64,000 nucleotides of DNA from NCBI GenBank assembly GCA_029261835.1, contig JAJDAO010000072.1, forward strand, positions 74,841 to 138,840, given 5' to 3'. A program made the position numbers and the translations under genes. The DNA is from Deltaproteobacteria bacterium. GTDB taxonomy: Bacteria > Myxococcota_A > UBA9160 > UBA4427. The notes below the pieces were generated by a model. That model made no database searches. It saw only the letters and a list, made by a program, of their open reading frames with translations, and had not been told where the DNA came from. Position 1 is the stretch's first letter. Each line of letters opens with the position of its first letter. Of the stretch, positions 28,899 to 39,280 are shown piece by piece.

Positions 28899-30416
28899 AT
28901 GCCCCAGCAAGACACGCTCCACGGCTATCTCCTACGGCGAGCAGCCGCACTCGGGCTCGCGCTGGCGGCGGCGGCTCTGCTGCAGGCTTGCTCGAATGAC
29001 ACCGGCATCGACCCGGCTCCAGACGTGGGTGACGTCATCGGCCAAGCTCGGGCCAGCTCGACGAGGCCACCCAATATCATCATCATCAATGCGGATGACC
29101 TCGGATACGGTGACCCGGGATGCTACGGGGGCCAGGCGATTCAGACTCCTGCCATCGACAGCCTGGCGACCCAGGGCGTGCGATTCAGTGACTTCCACTC
29201 GAGTGACTCCGTTTGCACACCCTCTCGGGCCGGTCTTCTGACCGGACGATACGCCAAGAGGATGGGCCTCGACGTTCCTCTGCACCCCGAGAAGATGTCC
29301 CTGCGGCAGACGATCACTGTGAGCCTGGGCTATCTGGCCGGCAAGATCGGCTTGATGGATCTCGCGACGGAAGGGGGAGAAGCCGGCTTACGGGGCGACG
29401 AGATCACGCTCGCGGAGGCGCTGAGGGTCGCGGGCTATGCGACAGGCATGGTGGGCAAGTGGCATCTCGGCGACTTCGGGGCGAACCCGAGGCACAACCC
29501 GCGGAGGCACGGCTTCGATTTCTTCTTCGGTGTCCCCTACAGCAACGACATGCATCCGTTCCCGCTCTATCGAAACGAGGATGAGTTGGAATCGCATGTG
29601 GCGGATCAGTCAGGGCTGACGCGCCTGTACACCGCTCAGGCGGTCGAGTTCATCGAAGCATCGCGAGACGAACCGTTCTTTCTGTACTTCGCCCACACCT
29701 TCCCGCATCGCCCACTCCACGCCTCAGCCGAATTCAGACACCGGTCGGCAGGTGGGGTCTTCGGCGATACGGTCGAGGAACTCGATTGGAGTGTCGGACA
29801 GGTGCTCGCCACGCTGGAGCGACTCTCCCTGCAAGACGACACGATCGTGATGTTTACCAGCGACAACGGCCCTTGGTATCAAGGCAGCCCAGGAGTCCAT
29901 CGCGGCCGTAAGGGGCAGAGCTATGAAGGCGGTCACCGCGTGCCGTTCATCGTCCGCTGGCCGGGCCGCATCCAACAGGGGCGAATCGAGAGGCAGCCGG
30001 CGATGAACATCGACCTCTTCCCAACCTGCCTGGCCTTGGCGGGGTTGACGCTGCCCAACGACCGAATCATCGACGGTGAGAGCATCGAAGACCTGCTCAC
30101 GGCCGACTCGACTCAGCCCCCCCACGAGTATCTGTTCTTCTATCACCAGGGTGAGTTGGAGGGGGTTCGAAGCGGTCGTTGGAAGTACTTTCGCAATTTC
30201 AACCACTACGTCTGGCCAATGCCCGTCAACACCAAGATGGGCCGTCTGAGCAACCACACGACCGGACCGCTCCCCCTGCTCTTCGATCTCGAAACGGATC
30301 CGGGCGAAGCCTACGACGTGGCGAGCGAGCACCCGGAAGTGGCCCGGCGCCTCTCGGAGACGATGGCGGACTGGGAGCAGCAAATCCGGAGCAACCGCAG
30401 AGGCTGGACGCGGTAG
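28899..30416 (+). CDS. arylsulfatase-family lipoprotein (formylglycine type)
   Basis: ORF 28854..30416 trimmed to ATG 28899. Lipobox LLQAC; IIINADDLGYGD; the SVCTPSRAGLLTGRY C-x-P-x-R motif. Confidence 0.9.
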   Translation: MPQQDTLHGYLLRRAAALGLALAAAALLQACSNDTGIDPAPDVGDVIGQARASSTRPPNIIIINADDLGYGDPGCYGGQAIQTPAIDSLATQGVRFSDFHSSDSVCTPSRAGLLTGRYAKRMGLDVPLHPEKMSLRQTITVSLGYLAGKIGLMDLATEGGEAGLRGDEITLAEALRVAGYATGMVGKWHLGDFGANPRHNPRRHGFDFFFGVPYSNDMHPFPLYRNEDELESHVADQSGLTRLYTAQAVEFIEASRDEPFFLYFAHTFPHRPLHASAEFRHRSAGGVFGDTVEELDWSVGQVLATLERLSLQDDTIVMFTSDNGPWYQGSPGVHRGRKGQSYEGGHRVPFIVRWPGRIQQGRIERQPAMNIDLFPTCLALAGLTLPNDRIIDGESIEDLLTADSTQPPHEYLFFYHQGELEGVRSGRWKYFRNFNHYVWPMPVNTKMGRLSNHTTGPLPLLFDLETDPGEAYDVASEHPEVARRLSETMADWEQQIRSNRRGWTR

Positions 30417-30477
30417 ACGTCAGGCGTGCTCTCGGATCGAACGGAAGATCTGACGAGACGCACTGCCCGATTTGGAC

Positions 30478-31605
30478 TCAGACGGAGGCCCGGCGCAAGA
30501 TGATGCTGCCGATCGAATAGCCGGCTCCAAAGGAGCAGAGCACGCCGACGTCACCCGGGAGCAGGTCATCCTTGTACTGATGAAAGGCGATCACGGACCC
30601 TGCGGAGCTCGTATTCGCGTACTCGTCGAGAATCACCGGTGCCTCGTCGGGCAGGGGCTCTCGACCCAAGACGGTCTTGCCAATGAGCTGGTTCATGCCG
30701 AGGTTGGCTTGGTGCAGCCACATCCGCCTGAGGTCAGTGACCCCGAGTGAAGTCTCGGCGAGATGCTCGACGATGTGCTCGGCGACCATCGGGCACACCT
30801 CGTGGAATACCTGACGCCCGTTCTGGCGAAAGACGAGCTCGTGAGGATGCCGCTCGCCTTCTTCGCAGCGGTTCAAGAAGCCGAAGTCGTTGCGGATGTT
30901 GTTCGAGAACTTGGTGCGCAGCTTGCTGCCCAGCACCTCGAAGCCTCCTCGAACGCGGCAGTCCTCCGCTCGCTCGATCACGACGGCAGTGCAGGCATCA
31001 CCAAAGATGAAGTGATAGTCGCGCAACTCGAAGTTGTTATGCCCCGAGGTGATCTCCGGGTTCACCACGACTGCGCAGCGCGCATGCCCCATCGCTACGG
31101 CGTCGACCGCGGCCTGGATTCCGAATGTCGCCGATGAGCAGGCGACATTGAGATCATAGGCCCAGCCACCTGCCCCGAGGGCCTCCTGAACCTCGATCGC
31201 AACCGCTGGGTAGGGCCGCTGCAGGTTGGAGCAGGCGACCAGCACGGCATCAACTTCAGAACGCTCGCGACCCGCCTGTTCGAGTGCTTCATCGATCGCG
31301 ATTAGCGAGATCTCACACTGGATCGAGGGTTCGTCCTCACCGCGCATTAGAAGGCGGGGCCGCAGCCGGGAGGGATCCAGCAGACCTTGCTTGTCGAGCA
31401 CGTACCGACTCTTGATTCCCGATGCCCTGATGATCCAACGATCGCTCGAGGAATCACGTTCCTCGACCTCTCCAGCCGCGATCTCACTCTCGTGCTCGCG
31501 GTTGAAGCGCTCGACCGCGATTCGATGCGACTCTACGAGTTCGTCGTTCGAGACCGAATCCGGCGGCGTATAGAGGCCGCTCCCGCTGATGATGCTTCGC
31601 TCCAC
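30478..31605 (-). CDS. beta-ketoacyl-ACP synthase III family protein (long FabH-like)
   Basis: 375 aa. NVACSSATFGIQ active-site Cys; HQANLGMN; SFGAGYS. Confidence 0.85.
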   Translation of the reverse strand: MERSIISGSGLYTPPDSVSNDELVESHRIAVERFNREHESEIAAGEVEERDSSSDRWIIRASGIKSRYVLDKQGLLDPSRLRPRLLMRGEDEPSIQCEISLIAIDEALEQAGRERSEVDAVLVACSNLQRPYPAVAIEVQEALGAGGWAYDLNVACSSATFGIQAAVDAVAMGHARCAVVVNPEITSGHNNFELRDYHFIFGDACTAVVIERAEDCRVRGGFEVLGSKLRTKFSNNIRNDFGFLNRCEEGERHPHELVFRQNGRQVFHEVCPMVAEHIVEHLAETSLGVTDLRRMWLHQANLGMNQLIGKTVLGREPLPDEAPVILDEYANTSSAGSVIAFHQYKDDLLPGDVGVLCSFGAGYSIGSIILRRASV

Positions 31606-31938
31606 CTGTTCTCCACCCCCGGTTGCACCCGTCGAATCTTAGCGATCTCGCGTGATGAAGCGATCGCGATACTCCGCAAAGTCCCTCTCGACACCATCCT
31701 CGAACCAGAATTGCCGCCACCTCCACTTCGAGAGCCGGCACGAGCCCTTGGACCCCGCTTCGATGGCGTGCTCGCCGAAGCCGGAATCGCGGCCGTGCGC
31801 AGCGTGCTGCGTGGGCTCTCGTGGGCGGCGCCAGAAAGTGCTTCACAAGCGAGTGGGATTGTGTCTAGTGTGTCGCTAGGGGAGAGCGGAAGCCAGCGAC
31901 CACCGGTCGCTCGCGTTCCTGGAATGGAGGGTGTTGTC

Positions 31939-32568
31939 ATGCGAAGCGATGCGCTATGGCGACTGGCTGGAATCGCAGCCGTCTTGGGACTCTCGAGCGC
32001 CTACTTCATCTACGAGGGGATGCGCCCGACCACCGAGTACTCGTTCCAGATCGAATCCAACGGGGCACGACCATCTGTGGATGCACCCGGAGCGAGCGAA
32101 TCGCCGCCAGCGGCTACCGCAGCAGCAGGCTCGAACTGGCAGCTCTCCTCGAGCCGATCTCTCATCACGGGTCACCGAATCGTGCAGCTGAGGACGAGTG
32201 CAGGAAACGTAATCAGGACTCGAGACGCCTCGTTCAGGCCTACCCTGGTGCTGCACTGCGACGAGCCGGCGCTGCGAATCTTCGTCGCCACCGGGCTTCC
32301 GGCCCAGCAAGAACCGGAGTCCGACCGGCGGTACCGCGTTGCGATTCGTTTTGGCGACTCGCCCCTGCGCGAGTTTCGCACGGCTGCCGATTTCGAAGAC
32401 AGAAGCCTGCTGCTCGAGCCCGTATCAGAGATACTGACGGAGATGCGTTCGAGTGCCACTCTGGAGTTCTTCTTCACGCCGCGCTCGTCGAAGACCGTCG
32501 GAATGAGGTTCGACCTCAGCGGCTTCGCCGAGATGGCTCCGCAACTCGAAGAGGTCTGCCCGAGCTGA
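31939..32568 (+). CDS. membrane-anchored hypothetical protein
   Basis: ATG 31939, 7 nt after GGAGGG. N-terminal anchor ALWRLAGIAAVLGLSSAYFIY. An upstream in-frame GTG/TTG start cannot be excluded. Confidence 0.5.
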   Translation: MRSDALWRLAGIAAVLGLSSAYFIYEGMRPTTEYSFQIESNGARPSVDAPGASESPPAATAAAGSNWQLSSSRSLITGHRIVQLRTSAGNVIRTRDASFRPTLVLHCDEPALRIFVATGLPAQQEPESDRRYRVAIRFGDSPLREFRTAADFEDRSLLLEPVSEILTEMRSSATLEFFFTPRSSKTVGMRFDLSGFAEMAPQLEEVCPS

Positions 32569-32720
32569 TCGTCGGCGTTCTGCGCTCGGATCCACCCGCT
32601 GTCGCCAAGCGACCAGACCCCGCAGCTCGCCGAGGCCATGGGGATCGATTCCGTCTGGCTACCCGACCGCGGTAGCTGGTTCGATCTTGCCTGGCACCAC
32701 GCATTTGCGAAACTGCACAT

Positions 32721-34082
32721 ATGAGCAAGACGAAGATTCTCCTCGACGAGTCCGAAATCCCCACCCACTGGTACAACGTCATCGCCGATATGCCGAACCC
32801 GCCGACGCCACCCGTCGGGCCGGACGGGCAACCGCTGCCACCCGAGGCGCTCGGGGTGATCTTCCCGGGCGCTCTGCTCGAGCAGGAAATGTCAGCGGAG
32901 CGCTGGATCCCTATTCCCGAGGCGATCCGAGAGGTCTACCAATTGTGGCGTCCGGCGCCGGTCTTCCGCGCGTCTCGCCTCGAACGGCAGATCGACACAC
33001 CTGCGCGCATCTATTACAAGTACGAGGGGATGAGCCCGGCGGGCTCCCACAAGCCCAATACGGCAGTCGCTCAGGCCTACTACAACCAGCAGGCCGGCAT
33101 CCGGCGGCTCGCCACCGAGACGGGAGCCGGACAGTGGGGCTCGGCGCTGGCGCTGGCGGGTCAGTTCTTTGGAATCGATGTGCGTGTCTACATGGTGAAG
33201 GTGAGCTACCAGCAGAAGCCGTACCGCCGATCGATGATGGAGACGTGGGGGGCCGAGGTCTTCGCCAGCCCATCGAACATGACGGAGGCGGGTCGAAACG
33301 CGCTGGCTGCCGATGCCGACAATCCGGGGTCGCTGGGCCTCGCCATCTCGGAAGCAGTCGAGGAGGCGGCTTCGCGGGACGACACCAACTACTCGCTCGG
33401 CTCCGTGCTGAACCACGTGCTCCTGCATCAAACCGTGATCGGCATCGAAGCCAAGAAGCAAATGGAACTCGTCGGCGACTACCCCGACGCGATCTTCGCG
33501 TCCTGCGGTGGAGGCTCGAACTTCGGCGGCATTGCGTTCCCCTTCCTCGCGGACAAGGCAGCGGGCAAGGATGTCCGTCTGGTCGCGGTCGAGCCGGCCT
33601 CCTGTCCCACGCTCACCAAAGGGACCTACACCTGGGACTACGGTGACACCGCCGGCCTCACGCCCATCGTCAAGATGCACACCCTCGGTCACGACTTCAT
33701 TCCTCCGGGTATCCATGCCGGCGGTCTGCGCTACCACGGCGAGTCGCCACTCGTCTCTCAGCTCTACCACGAGGGCGTGCTGGAGGCCGTTGCGGTGCCA
33801 CAGCTCGCGACGTTCGAGGCCGGCGTGGTCTTCGCCCGCTGCGAGGGCATCGTGCCGGCACCGGAGTCGAGCCACTCGATCCGAGCCGTGATGGACGAGG
33901 CATTGCGCTGCAAGGAGAGCGGCGAGCCCAAGGTGCTGCTCTTCAATCTTTCAGGGCACGGGCATTTCGACATGTCGGCATACGATCGCTATCTGGCCGG
34001 CGATCTCGTCGACTATGAATACCCAGAAGAAGCCATCCAAGACGCCATGAGTCGGCTGCCGCAGCTGGCCACCAGCGAATAG
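32721..34082 (+). CDS. trpB: TrpB-like PLP enzyme (tryptophan synthase beta, type 2)
   Basis: 453 aa. IPTHWYN..., [26 protein letters not shown]. No trpA adjacent. Confidence 0.85.
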   Translation: MSKTKILLDESEIPTHWYNVIADMPNPPTPPVGPDGQPLPPEALGVIFPGALLEQEMSAERWIPIPEAIREVYQLWRPAPVFRASRLERQIDTPARIYYKYEGMSPAGSHKPNTAVAQAYYNQQAGIRRLATETGAGQWGSALALAGQFFGIDVRVYMVKVSYQQKPYRRSMMETWGAEVFASPSNMTEAGRNALAADADNPGSLGLAISEAVEEAASRDDTNYSLGSVLNHVLLHQTVIGIEAKKQMELVGDYPDAIFASCGGGSNFGGIAFPFLADKAAGKDVRLVAVEPASCPTLTKGTYTWDYGDTAGLTPIVKMHTLGHDFIPPGIHAGGLRYHGESPLVSQLYHEGVLEAVAVPQLATFEAGVVFARCEGIVPAPESSHSIRAVMDEALRCKESGEPKVLLFNLSGHGHFDMSAYDRYLAGDLVDYEYPEEAIQDAMSRLPQLATSE

Positions 34083-34111
34083 GAGCACCGAGCCGGCACG
34101 CCGCGGCCCTC

Positions 34112-34324
34112 TCAGCCGGGTCCCCGGGCCGTCCCGCGCTCCGCCAGAACGAAACGCTCGAGGATGATCTCCATCGGGCACCATCGCGTAAAGGCGGACT
34201 GCAGCAGATTGAGCCCTACGAAGGCCGTAAAGAGGTAGGCGTAGGGTGTGATCCAGTGTCCGAGCGCCAGTGAGATCAGCACGAAGCTGCCGGCGATCGC
34301 GCGAATGTACTGCTCCATGTTCAT
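34112..34324 (-). CDS. DUF2892 (YgaP-like) small membrane protein
   Basis: 70 aa. RAIAGSFVLISLALG...FVGLNLLQSAFTRWCPME, as in DUF2892. Confidence 0.75.
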   Translation of the reverse strand: MNMEQYIRAIAGSFVLISLALGHWITPYAYLFTAFVGLNLLQSAFTRWCPMEIILERFVLAERGTARGPG

Positions 34325-34386
34325 TCGAGTTCTCCTTGCGAGTTCCCCTTTCGAGTTCTCGAGAGGCAGAACCCCTGCGAGCAGGT

Positions 34387-34740
34387 TCAGATGTCAGCTC
34401 CCTGGAGAGCATCGAGTCCATCGGAGAGCTGATCGCTGAGCCCTCCGCACACGATGCGGCACAGCTGCTCGACACTGGGATCCGCGATGTGATAGAAGGC
34501 CCGATTGCCTTCGCGGCTGCGTCCCACGAGCCCCTCGCGGCGCAACAGGCCGAGATGGCGCGAGACGTTCGTCTGGCTCAGCCCTGACTCCGTCACCAGC
34601 TCCTGCACCGACCGTTCTCCTGGCATCAGCAGGTTCAGCAGCCTCAGGCGCGAGGCGTCCCCGAGCGAGCGGAAACGAGCGGCCACGAGTTCGAGGGCAT
34701 CCTCGTGCAGCGGCGGATGAGCGGCTTTTCTTCTCGGCAT
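34387..34740 (-). CDS. ArsR/SmtB-family transcriptional regulator
   Basis: ORF trimmed to ATG 34740. LGDASRLRLLNLLMPGERSVQELVTESGLSQTNVSRHLGLLRREGLV. C-terminal CRIVC pair. Confidence 0.85.
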   Translation of the reverse strand: MPRRKAAHPPLHEDALELVAARFRSLGDASRLRLLNLLMPGERSVQELVTESGLSQTNVSRHLGLLRREGLVGRSREGNRAFYHIADPSVEQLCRIVCGGLSDQLSDGLDALQGADI

Positions 34741-34751
34741 GATGACCCAGT

Positions 34752-34779
34752 ATATTGACAATCTATCATATGTCAATAT
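34752..34779. promoter_or_regulatory. perfect 9-bp inverted repeat ATATTGACA-N10-TGTCAATAT (candidate ArsR operator)
   Basis: Read directly, in the AT-rich gap between the divergent arsR-like (34740) and RND (34804) genes. Confidence 0.5.
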
Positions 34780-34803
34780 GCTTACTTACTCATATTCGCG
34801 CCC

Positions 34804-37800
34804 ATGAGGAATGCCATGTCGGCTAGCCAGTCAGGCGGACACTCCGAAAGCTCGTTTCTGGCTCGCATCGTCGACGTCTTCCTGCAGGGGGACCTCGCCC
34901 CCCTGCTGATTCTGCTCTCCTTGCTTGGCGGAGCGGTGGCGCTCTACGTCACGCCCCGCGAAGAAGAGCCCCAGATCGTCGTGCCGCTGGCGGACGTAAT
35001 CGTCGAAGCGCCGGGCCTCCCGGTCGCCGAGGTCGAGCGGCAGGTCGCAACTCCGCTCGAGAAGCTGCTGCACCAGATCGACGGCGTCGAGTACGTCTAC
35101 TCCATGTCCCAACCCGGTCGCGCGATCATCACCGTTCGCTTCTACGTGGGTGAAGACCGCGAAGACAGCCTCGTCAAGATCTACAACAAGATCGACTCCA
35201 ACGTCGACCTCGTTCCCCAGGCCGTCGCGGGCTGGGTCGTCAAGCCGCTCGAAATCGACGACGTGCCGATCCTGATCGTGACGCTGTGGAGCGAGCGCCC
35301 GGAAGCACTCGATGACTTCGCACTGCGCCGCATCGGCGAAGAGCTCGAGATCGAGCTTCAGGCAGTACCGCGAACCAACCGAGTCCGCGTAATGGGTGGC
35401 CGGCCCCGCGTGGTACGAGTCGAGCTCGACCCCGAGGCGCTGGCGGGCAGGCAGATTTCCCCACTCGAGGTTGCCTGGGCGCTGCAAGTCTCGAATACGC
35501 GCGGCAGAGCCGGCGCGTTCGATCGGCTCGACGAGCGGGTACCGGTAGACGTCGGAGAGTTCATCGACGGCGTTGCCGGGCTTCGCAAGCTCGTCGTCGG
35601 CGTCGTCGACGGCTCACCCGTCTTCCTCGAGGACGTCGGACGCGTCATCGATGGACCGGCGGAGGCCAATCAGTACAGCTGGATCGGATTCGGGCCGGCC
35701 GAGCAGAACAGCGCCGGTCTTTCGCGGGAGCTCTATCCCGCCGTCCACATCGCAATAGCGAAACAGAAGGGTGCCAACGCCGTACGGGTAGCGCACGACG
35801 TTGAAACGAAGCTCGAGGAACTCGAGGTCAGTCACCTGCCCGCCGGTGTTCATCTGCGCGTCACACGAAACTACGGCGAGACCGCAAACGAGAAGGTGAA
35901 TGAGCTGGTCGAGGGGCTCCTGGTGGCAATCGTGATCGTGGTCGGCTTGATCGCATTTGCGCTTGGGTGGAGAGAAGCGCTGGTCGTAGCGGTCGCGGTA
36001 CCGATCACGTTTTCGCTTGTGCTGCTGCTGAACTACCTCGCTGGCTACACGATCAACCGCGTCACACTCTTCGCGCTGATTCTCTCACTCGGTCTGGTGG
36101 TGGACGACCCGATCGTTGATGTCGAGAACATCTACCGACACCTGCGCATGCGTGCGCAACCGGCCCTGCAGGCGGTTCGCACCGCGGTAAACGAGGTGCG
36201 ACCGCCAATCTTGCTCGCAACGCTGGCTGTCATCATTTCGTTTCTCCCCATGCTCTTCATCACAGGAATGATGGGACCCTATATGCGGCCGCTGGCGATC
36301 AACGTGCCGCTGGCCATGTTCATGTCGATGGTGGTGGCCTTCATGGTGACCCCTTGGCTCGCCTACCGCGCACTGCGCAAAGTCGCCGAGCGCGGCGAAG
36401 AGCAAGCCGCCGGGTCGGTGGAGCACTCGACCCTCTACCGCATCTACGCCCGACTGCTCGAGCCGTTGCTCGCGAGCAGGACGCGTGCTTGGGCGTTGCT
36501 TGTGATCATGATGCTGTTGTTCTTCTCTGCGGCGCTGCTGGGAGCACTGCGAGCCGTGCCGCTCAAGATGCTGCCCTTCGACAACAAGAATGAGTTTCAA
36601 GTTCTCATCGACGCGCCCGAGGGAACAACCCTCGAGCGCGTAGACGCCGCGACCCGGGCACTCGCTGCCGAGCTCGCTCGCGTACCGGAGGTGCGGGACT
36701 TCGAGCTCTACGTAGGCATGGCGAGCCCCATGGACTTCAACGGCATGGTTCGGCACTACTTCCTCAGACGCGGTCCAACGGTGGCGGAGATCCGCGTCAA
36801 CCTGGTCGGCAAGCGCGAGCGAGAGATGCAGTCCCACGCAATCTTGCTGCGCTTGCGCGATCGGCTCGAGGCGGTCGCAAAGCGCGAAGGCGTGCAAGTC
36901 GCGCTTGTCGAGGTGCCGCCCGGCCCGCCGGTGCTCTCGACCCTGGTGGCGGAGGTCTACGGTGATCCCCAGATGCCGTATGAGCGACTGAGGCAGGCAG
37001 CCCTGATGGTGGGAGAGCGGCTCGCCCGCGAGCCACTGGTCTCAGACGTAGACACCAGCGTCGAGCACGAACACGAGCGCCTGGTCTTCGTCACCGACAA
37101 GGAGAAGGCGGCGCTCTCGGGCATCGCGACCGACGATGTCGAGCGAACTCTCTCCCTCGCACTCGGCGGGCTGGACGCGAGCGAGCTCCACGAGCCGGGT
37201 GAGGTGAACCCGCTGCCGATCCGCCTGCGGCTGGCGCGTGGCATGCGTTCGGGGGAAGAGTGGCTCAAGGCGCTCGCCGTCAAGGGAAGGCCGGGGGTGA
37301 CGAAGGTGCGCGAGTCCGGGGGGCTGCGGGATGCGCCGATTCCGCTCGTCCGGCTCGGTGAACTCGGACACTTCGAGAGTCTGCCGGCGGAGCGGGTCAT
37401 CTACCACAAGAACCTCGAACGCGTCGCCTATGTGTATGCCGAGACCGTTGGACGGGCGCCCGCAGAGGCCATCATCGATGTCGGCAGCGACTTTCGTGAC
37501 GAAATGCTTCCGAGGCCGTCGGACGGGGATGAGCGCGTCGCACGGCCGTTGGCCGAACGCAGCTTCCTCTCGAACGGAGGTGATATCGCCTGGTCGCTGC
37601 CACCCGGCACGCGTGCGGTCTGGACGGGAGAGGGTGAGTGGAAGATCACTCTGGACGTCTTTCGCGACCTCGGAATCGCCTTCGGTGCGGCCGTGCTCGG
37701 AATCTACTTCCTGCTGGTCTATCAGACGGGCAGCTATGCCATGCCTCTCATCCTGATGATCTCGATCCCCCTCACGCTGATCGGCATCATGCCCGGCTTC

Positions 37801-38223
37801 TGGCTCCTCAACGCACTGACGGGCGGCGTCGTGGGTGGCTATCCGAATCCGGTTTTCTTCACCGCCACCGCGATGATCGGCATGATTGCGCTCGCGGGCA
37901 TTGCAGTCCGCAATGCGATCCTGCTGATCGAGTTCGTGCACGTCGCACTGCAGAACGGTACGTCTCTGCGCCAAGCCCTGCTGCAGGCGGGCGCGGTTCG
38001 CGCGCGAGCCATCGTACTGACGGCGGGAACCGCGATGCTCGCCGCCATTCCGATCACACTCGACCCGATCTTCTCCGGTCTGGCCTGGGCGCTCATTTTC
38101 GGCCTCTCAGTCTCGACGGTCTTCACGCTATTCGTCGTGCCGGTGACCTATGACCTGGTCTATCGCAACCGGCCCGGGCACGGACTGCGCGCCTCGCAAG
38201 GAAAGGAGAGCACCCATGAATAG
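34804..38223 (+). CDS. RND efflux transporter permease (AcrB/CzcA superfamily)
   Basis: 1139 aa. 12-TM RND architecture with two large periplasmic loops; N-terminal FLARIVDVFLQG...PREEEPQIVVP. Confidence 0.9.
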   Translation: MRNAMSASQSGGHSESSFLARIVDVFLQGDLAPLLILLSLLGGAVALYVTPREEEPQIVVPLADVIVEAPGLPVAEVERQVATPLEKLLHQIDGVEYVYSMSQPGRAIITVRFYVGEDREDSLVKIYNKIDSNVDLVPQAVAGWVVKPLEIDDVPILIVTLWSERPEALDDFALRRIGEELEIELQAVPRTNRVRVMGGRPRVVRVELDPEALAGRQISPLEVAWALQVSNTRGRAGAFDRLDERVPVDVGEFIDGVAGLRKLVVGVVDGSPVFLEDVGRVIDGPAEANQYSWIGFGPAEQNSAGLSRELYPAVHIAIAKQKGANAVRVAHDVETKLEELEVSHLPAGVHLRVTRNYGETANEKVNELVEGLLVAIVIVVGLIAFALGWREALVVAVAVPITFSLVLLLNYLAGYTINRVTLFALILSLGLVVDDPIVDVENIYRHLRMRAQPALQAVRTAVNEVRPPILLATLAVIISFLPMLFITGMMGPYMRPLAINVPLAMFMSMVVAFMVTPWLAYRALRKVAERGEEQAAGSVEHSTLYRIYARLLEPLLASRTRAWALLVIMMLLFFSAALLGALRAVPLKMLPFDNKNEFQVLIDAPEGTTLERVDAATRALAAELARVPEVRDFELYVGMASPMDFNGMVRHYFLRRGPTVAEIRVNLVGKREREMQSHAILLRLRDRLEAVAKREGVQVALVEVPPGPPVLSTLVAEVYGDPQMPYERLRQAALMVGERLAREPLVSDVDTSVEHEHERLVFVTDKEKAALSGIATDDVERTLSLALGGLDASELHEPGEVNPLPIRLRLARGMRSGEEWLKALAVKGRPGVTKVRESGGLRDAPIPLVRLGELGHFESLPAERVIYHKNLERVAYVYAETVGRAPAEAIIDVGSDFRDEMLPRPSDGDERVARPLAERSFLSNGGDIAWSLPPGTRAVWTGEGEWKITLDVFRDLGIAFGAAVLGIYFLLVYQTGSYAMPLILMISIPLTLIGIMPGFWLLNALTGGVVGGYPNPVFFTATAMIGMIALAGIAVRNAILLIEFVHVALQNGTSLRQALLQAGAVRARAIVLTAGTAMLAAIPITLDPIFSGLAWALIFGLSVSTVFTLFVVPVTYDLVYRNRPGHGLRASQGKESTHE

Positions 38224-39280
38224 TCCGCTGCGAAGTATCGTGCAGGCGCTGGCGGGGGGGGCGACGCTGGTGGCGGTCATCGCTGGGCTCTCTGGAGGCT
38301 GCGGCGAGCGCATTGCACCCGACGACCCGGTGCCCGAGGCGGCAGCACCGACCAGCTCCCGCGAGCTTGTCGAGGTCGTCGAGCAACAGACCGCACGTTT
38401 CGAGCAAGCCAGCGGCACCATCTTCTCGGCGCGGCATGCGACGGTTTCGTCGAAGATACTGGCGCGGATCGAGGAGATCCCGGTGCGGGCGGGTGATGAA
38501 ATCCGCAAAGGCGCGCTCGTGGTGCGGCTGGACAGCCGCGATCTTCAGGCCCGGCTGCAGGCGGCGCGCGAGGACGCTGCCGCCGCGCGGGCGTCACTCG
38601 AGCTGGCGCATTCCGAGCGGGAGCGCGTGACCGGTCTCTATCAGTCGAAGGTCGCGTCGCGCCAACAGCTCGATCGTGCGAGGGCCAGCCAGCAAGTCGC
38701 GATGGCCGCACTCGAACGGGCGGAGCAGAGCGTCGCAACTGCTGAGGTGGCGGTCTCGCACAGCGAGATCCGCTCACCGGTCGCCGGGCGCGTGATCGAC
38801 CGTCTGGCCGAGCCGGGCGACACGGCAGCGCCGGGCGTGCCGCTGCTGCGTGTCTACGACCCGGGCACCATGCGACTCGAAGCGCCCGTTCGAGAGGGAC
38901 TCGCGACGCGGCTGACACCGGGTCGCCGGCTGCGGGTTCACGTTGAAGCAATCGATCTCGGGCTCACTGGCGAGATCGAAGAGATCGTGCCAGCCGCTGA
39001 GCCCGGCGCGCGCACCTTCCTGGTCAAGGTGCGCCTGCCCGACGATCCGCGCTTGTTCGCCGGCATGTTCGGTCGCGTCGAGATTCCGGCCGGCACTGTG
39101 CGGCGGCTCTTGCTGCCCGCCGAGGCCGTCGAGCGTATCGGCCAGCTCGAATTCACCATGGTCGTGGCCGAGGACGGTCACGCACACAGACGCCTCGTCA
39201 CCACCGGACCCGCACCGCAGCCGGGCTCCGTCGAGATTCTGAGCGGCTTGACAGGTGGGGAACGGATCGCACTACCGTGA
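38216..39280 (+). CDS. RND efflux periplasmic adaptor (membrane fusion) lipoprotein
   Basis: ORF 38150..39280 trimmed to ATG 38216 (AGGAG 7 nt upstream; overlaps the RND stop as ATGAATAG). Lipobox LSGGC; coiled-coil hairpin; SPVAGRVI lipoyl-like motif. Confidence 0.85.
   Translation: MNSPLRSIVQALAGGATLVAVIAGLSGGCGERIAPDDPVPEAAAPTSSRELVEVVEQQTARFEQASGTIFSARHATVSSKILARIEEIPVRAGDEIRKGALVVRLDSRDLQARLQAAREDAAAARASLELAHSERERVTGLYQSKVASRQQLDRARASQQVAMAALERAEQSVATAEVAVSHSEIRSPVAGRVIDRLAEPGDTAAPGVPLLRVYDPGTMRLEAPVREGLATRLTPGRRLRVHVEAIDLGLTGEIEEIVPAAEPGARTFLVKVRLPDDPRLFAGMFGRVEIPAGTVRRLLLPAEAVERIGQLEFTMVVAEDGHAHRRLVTTGPAPQPGSVEILSGLTGGERIALP

Noticed and set aside
31846-31848. TGA as a third Sec codon, extending the biased minus-strand frame at 31640-31845
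   Set aside because: A TAG stop lies in the same frame 10 codons further upstream with no start codon between, so read-through does not create a gene.
32692-32708. Sigma54-like TGGCAC...TTGC upstream of the TrpB2 gene
   Set aside because: The GG to GC spacing is 14 nt rather than the near-invariant 12. The implied transcription start would also fall on the ATG itself.
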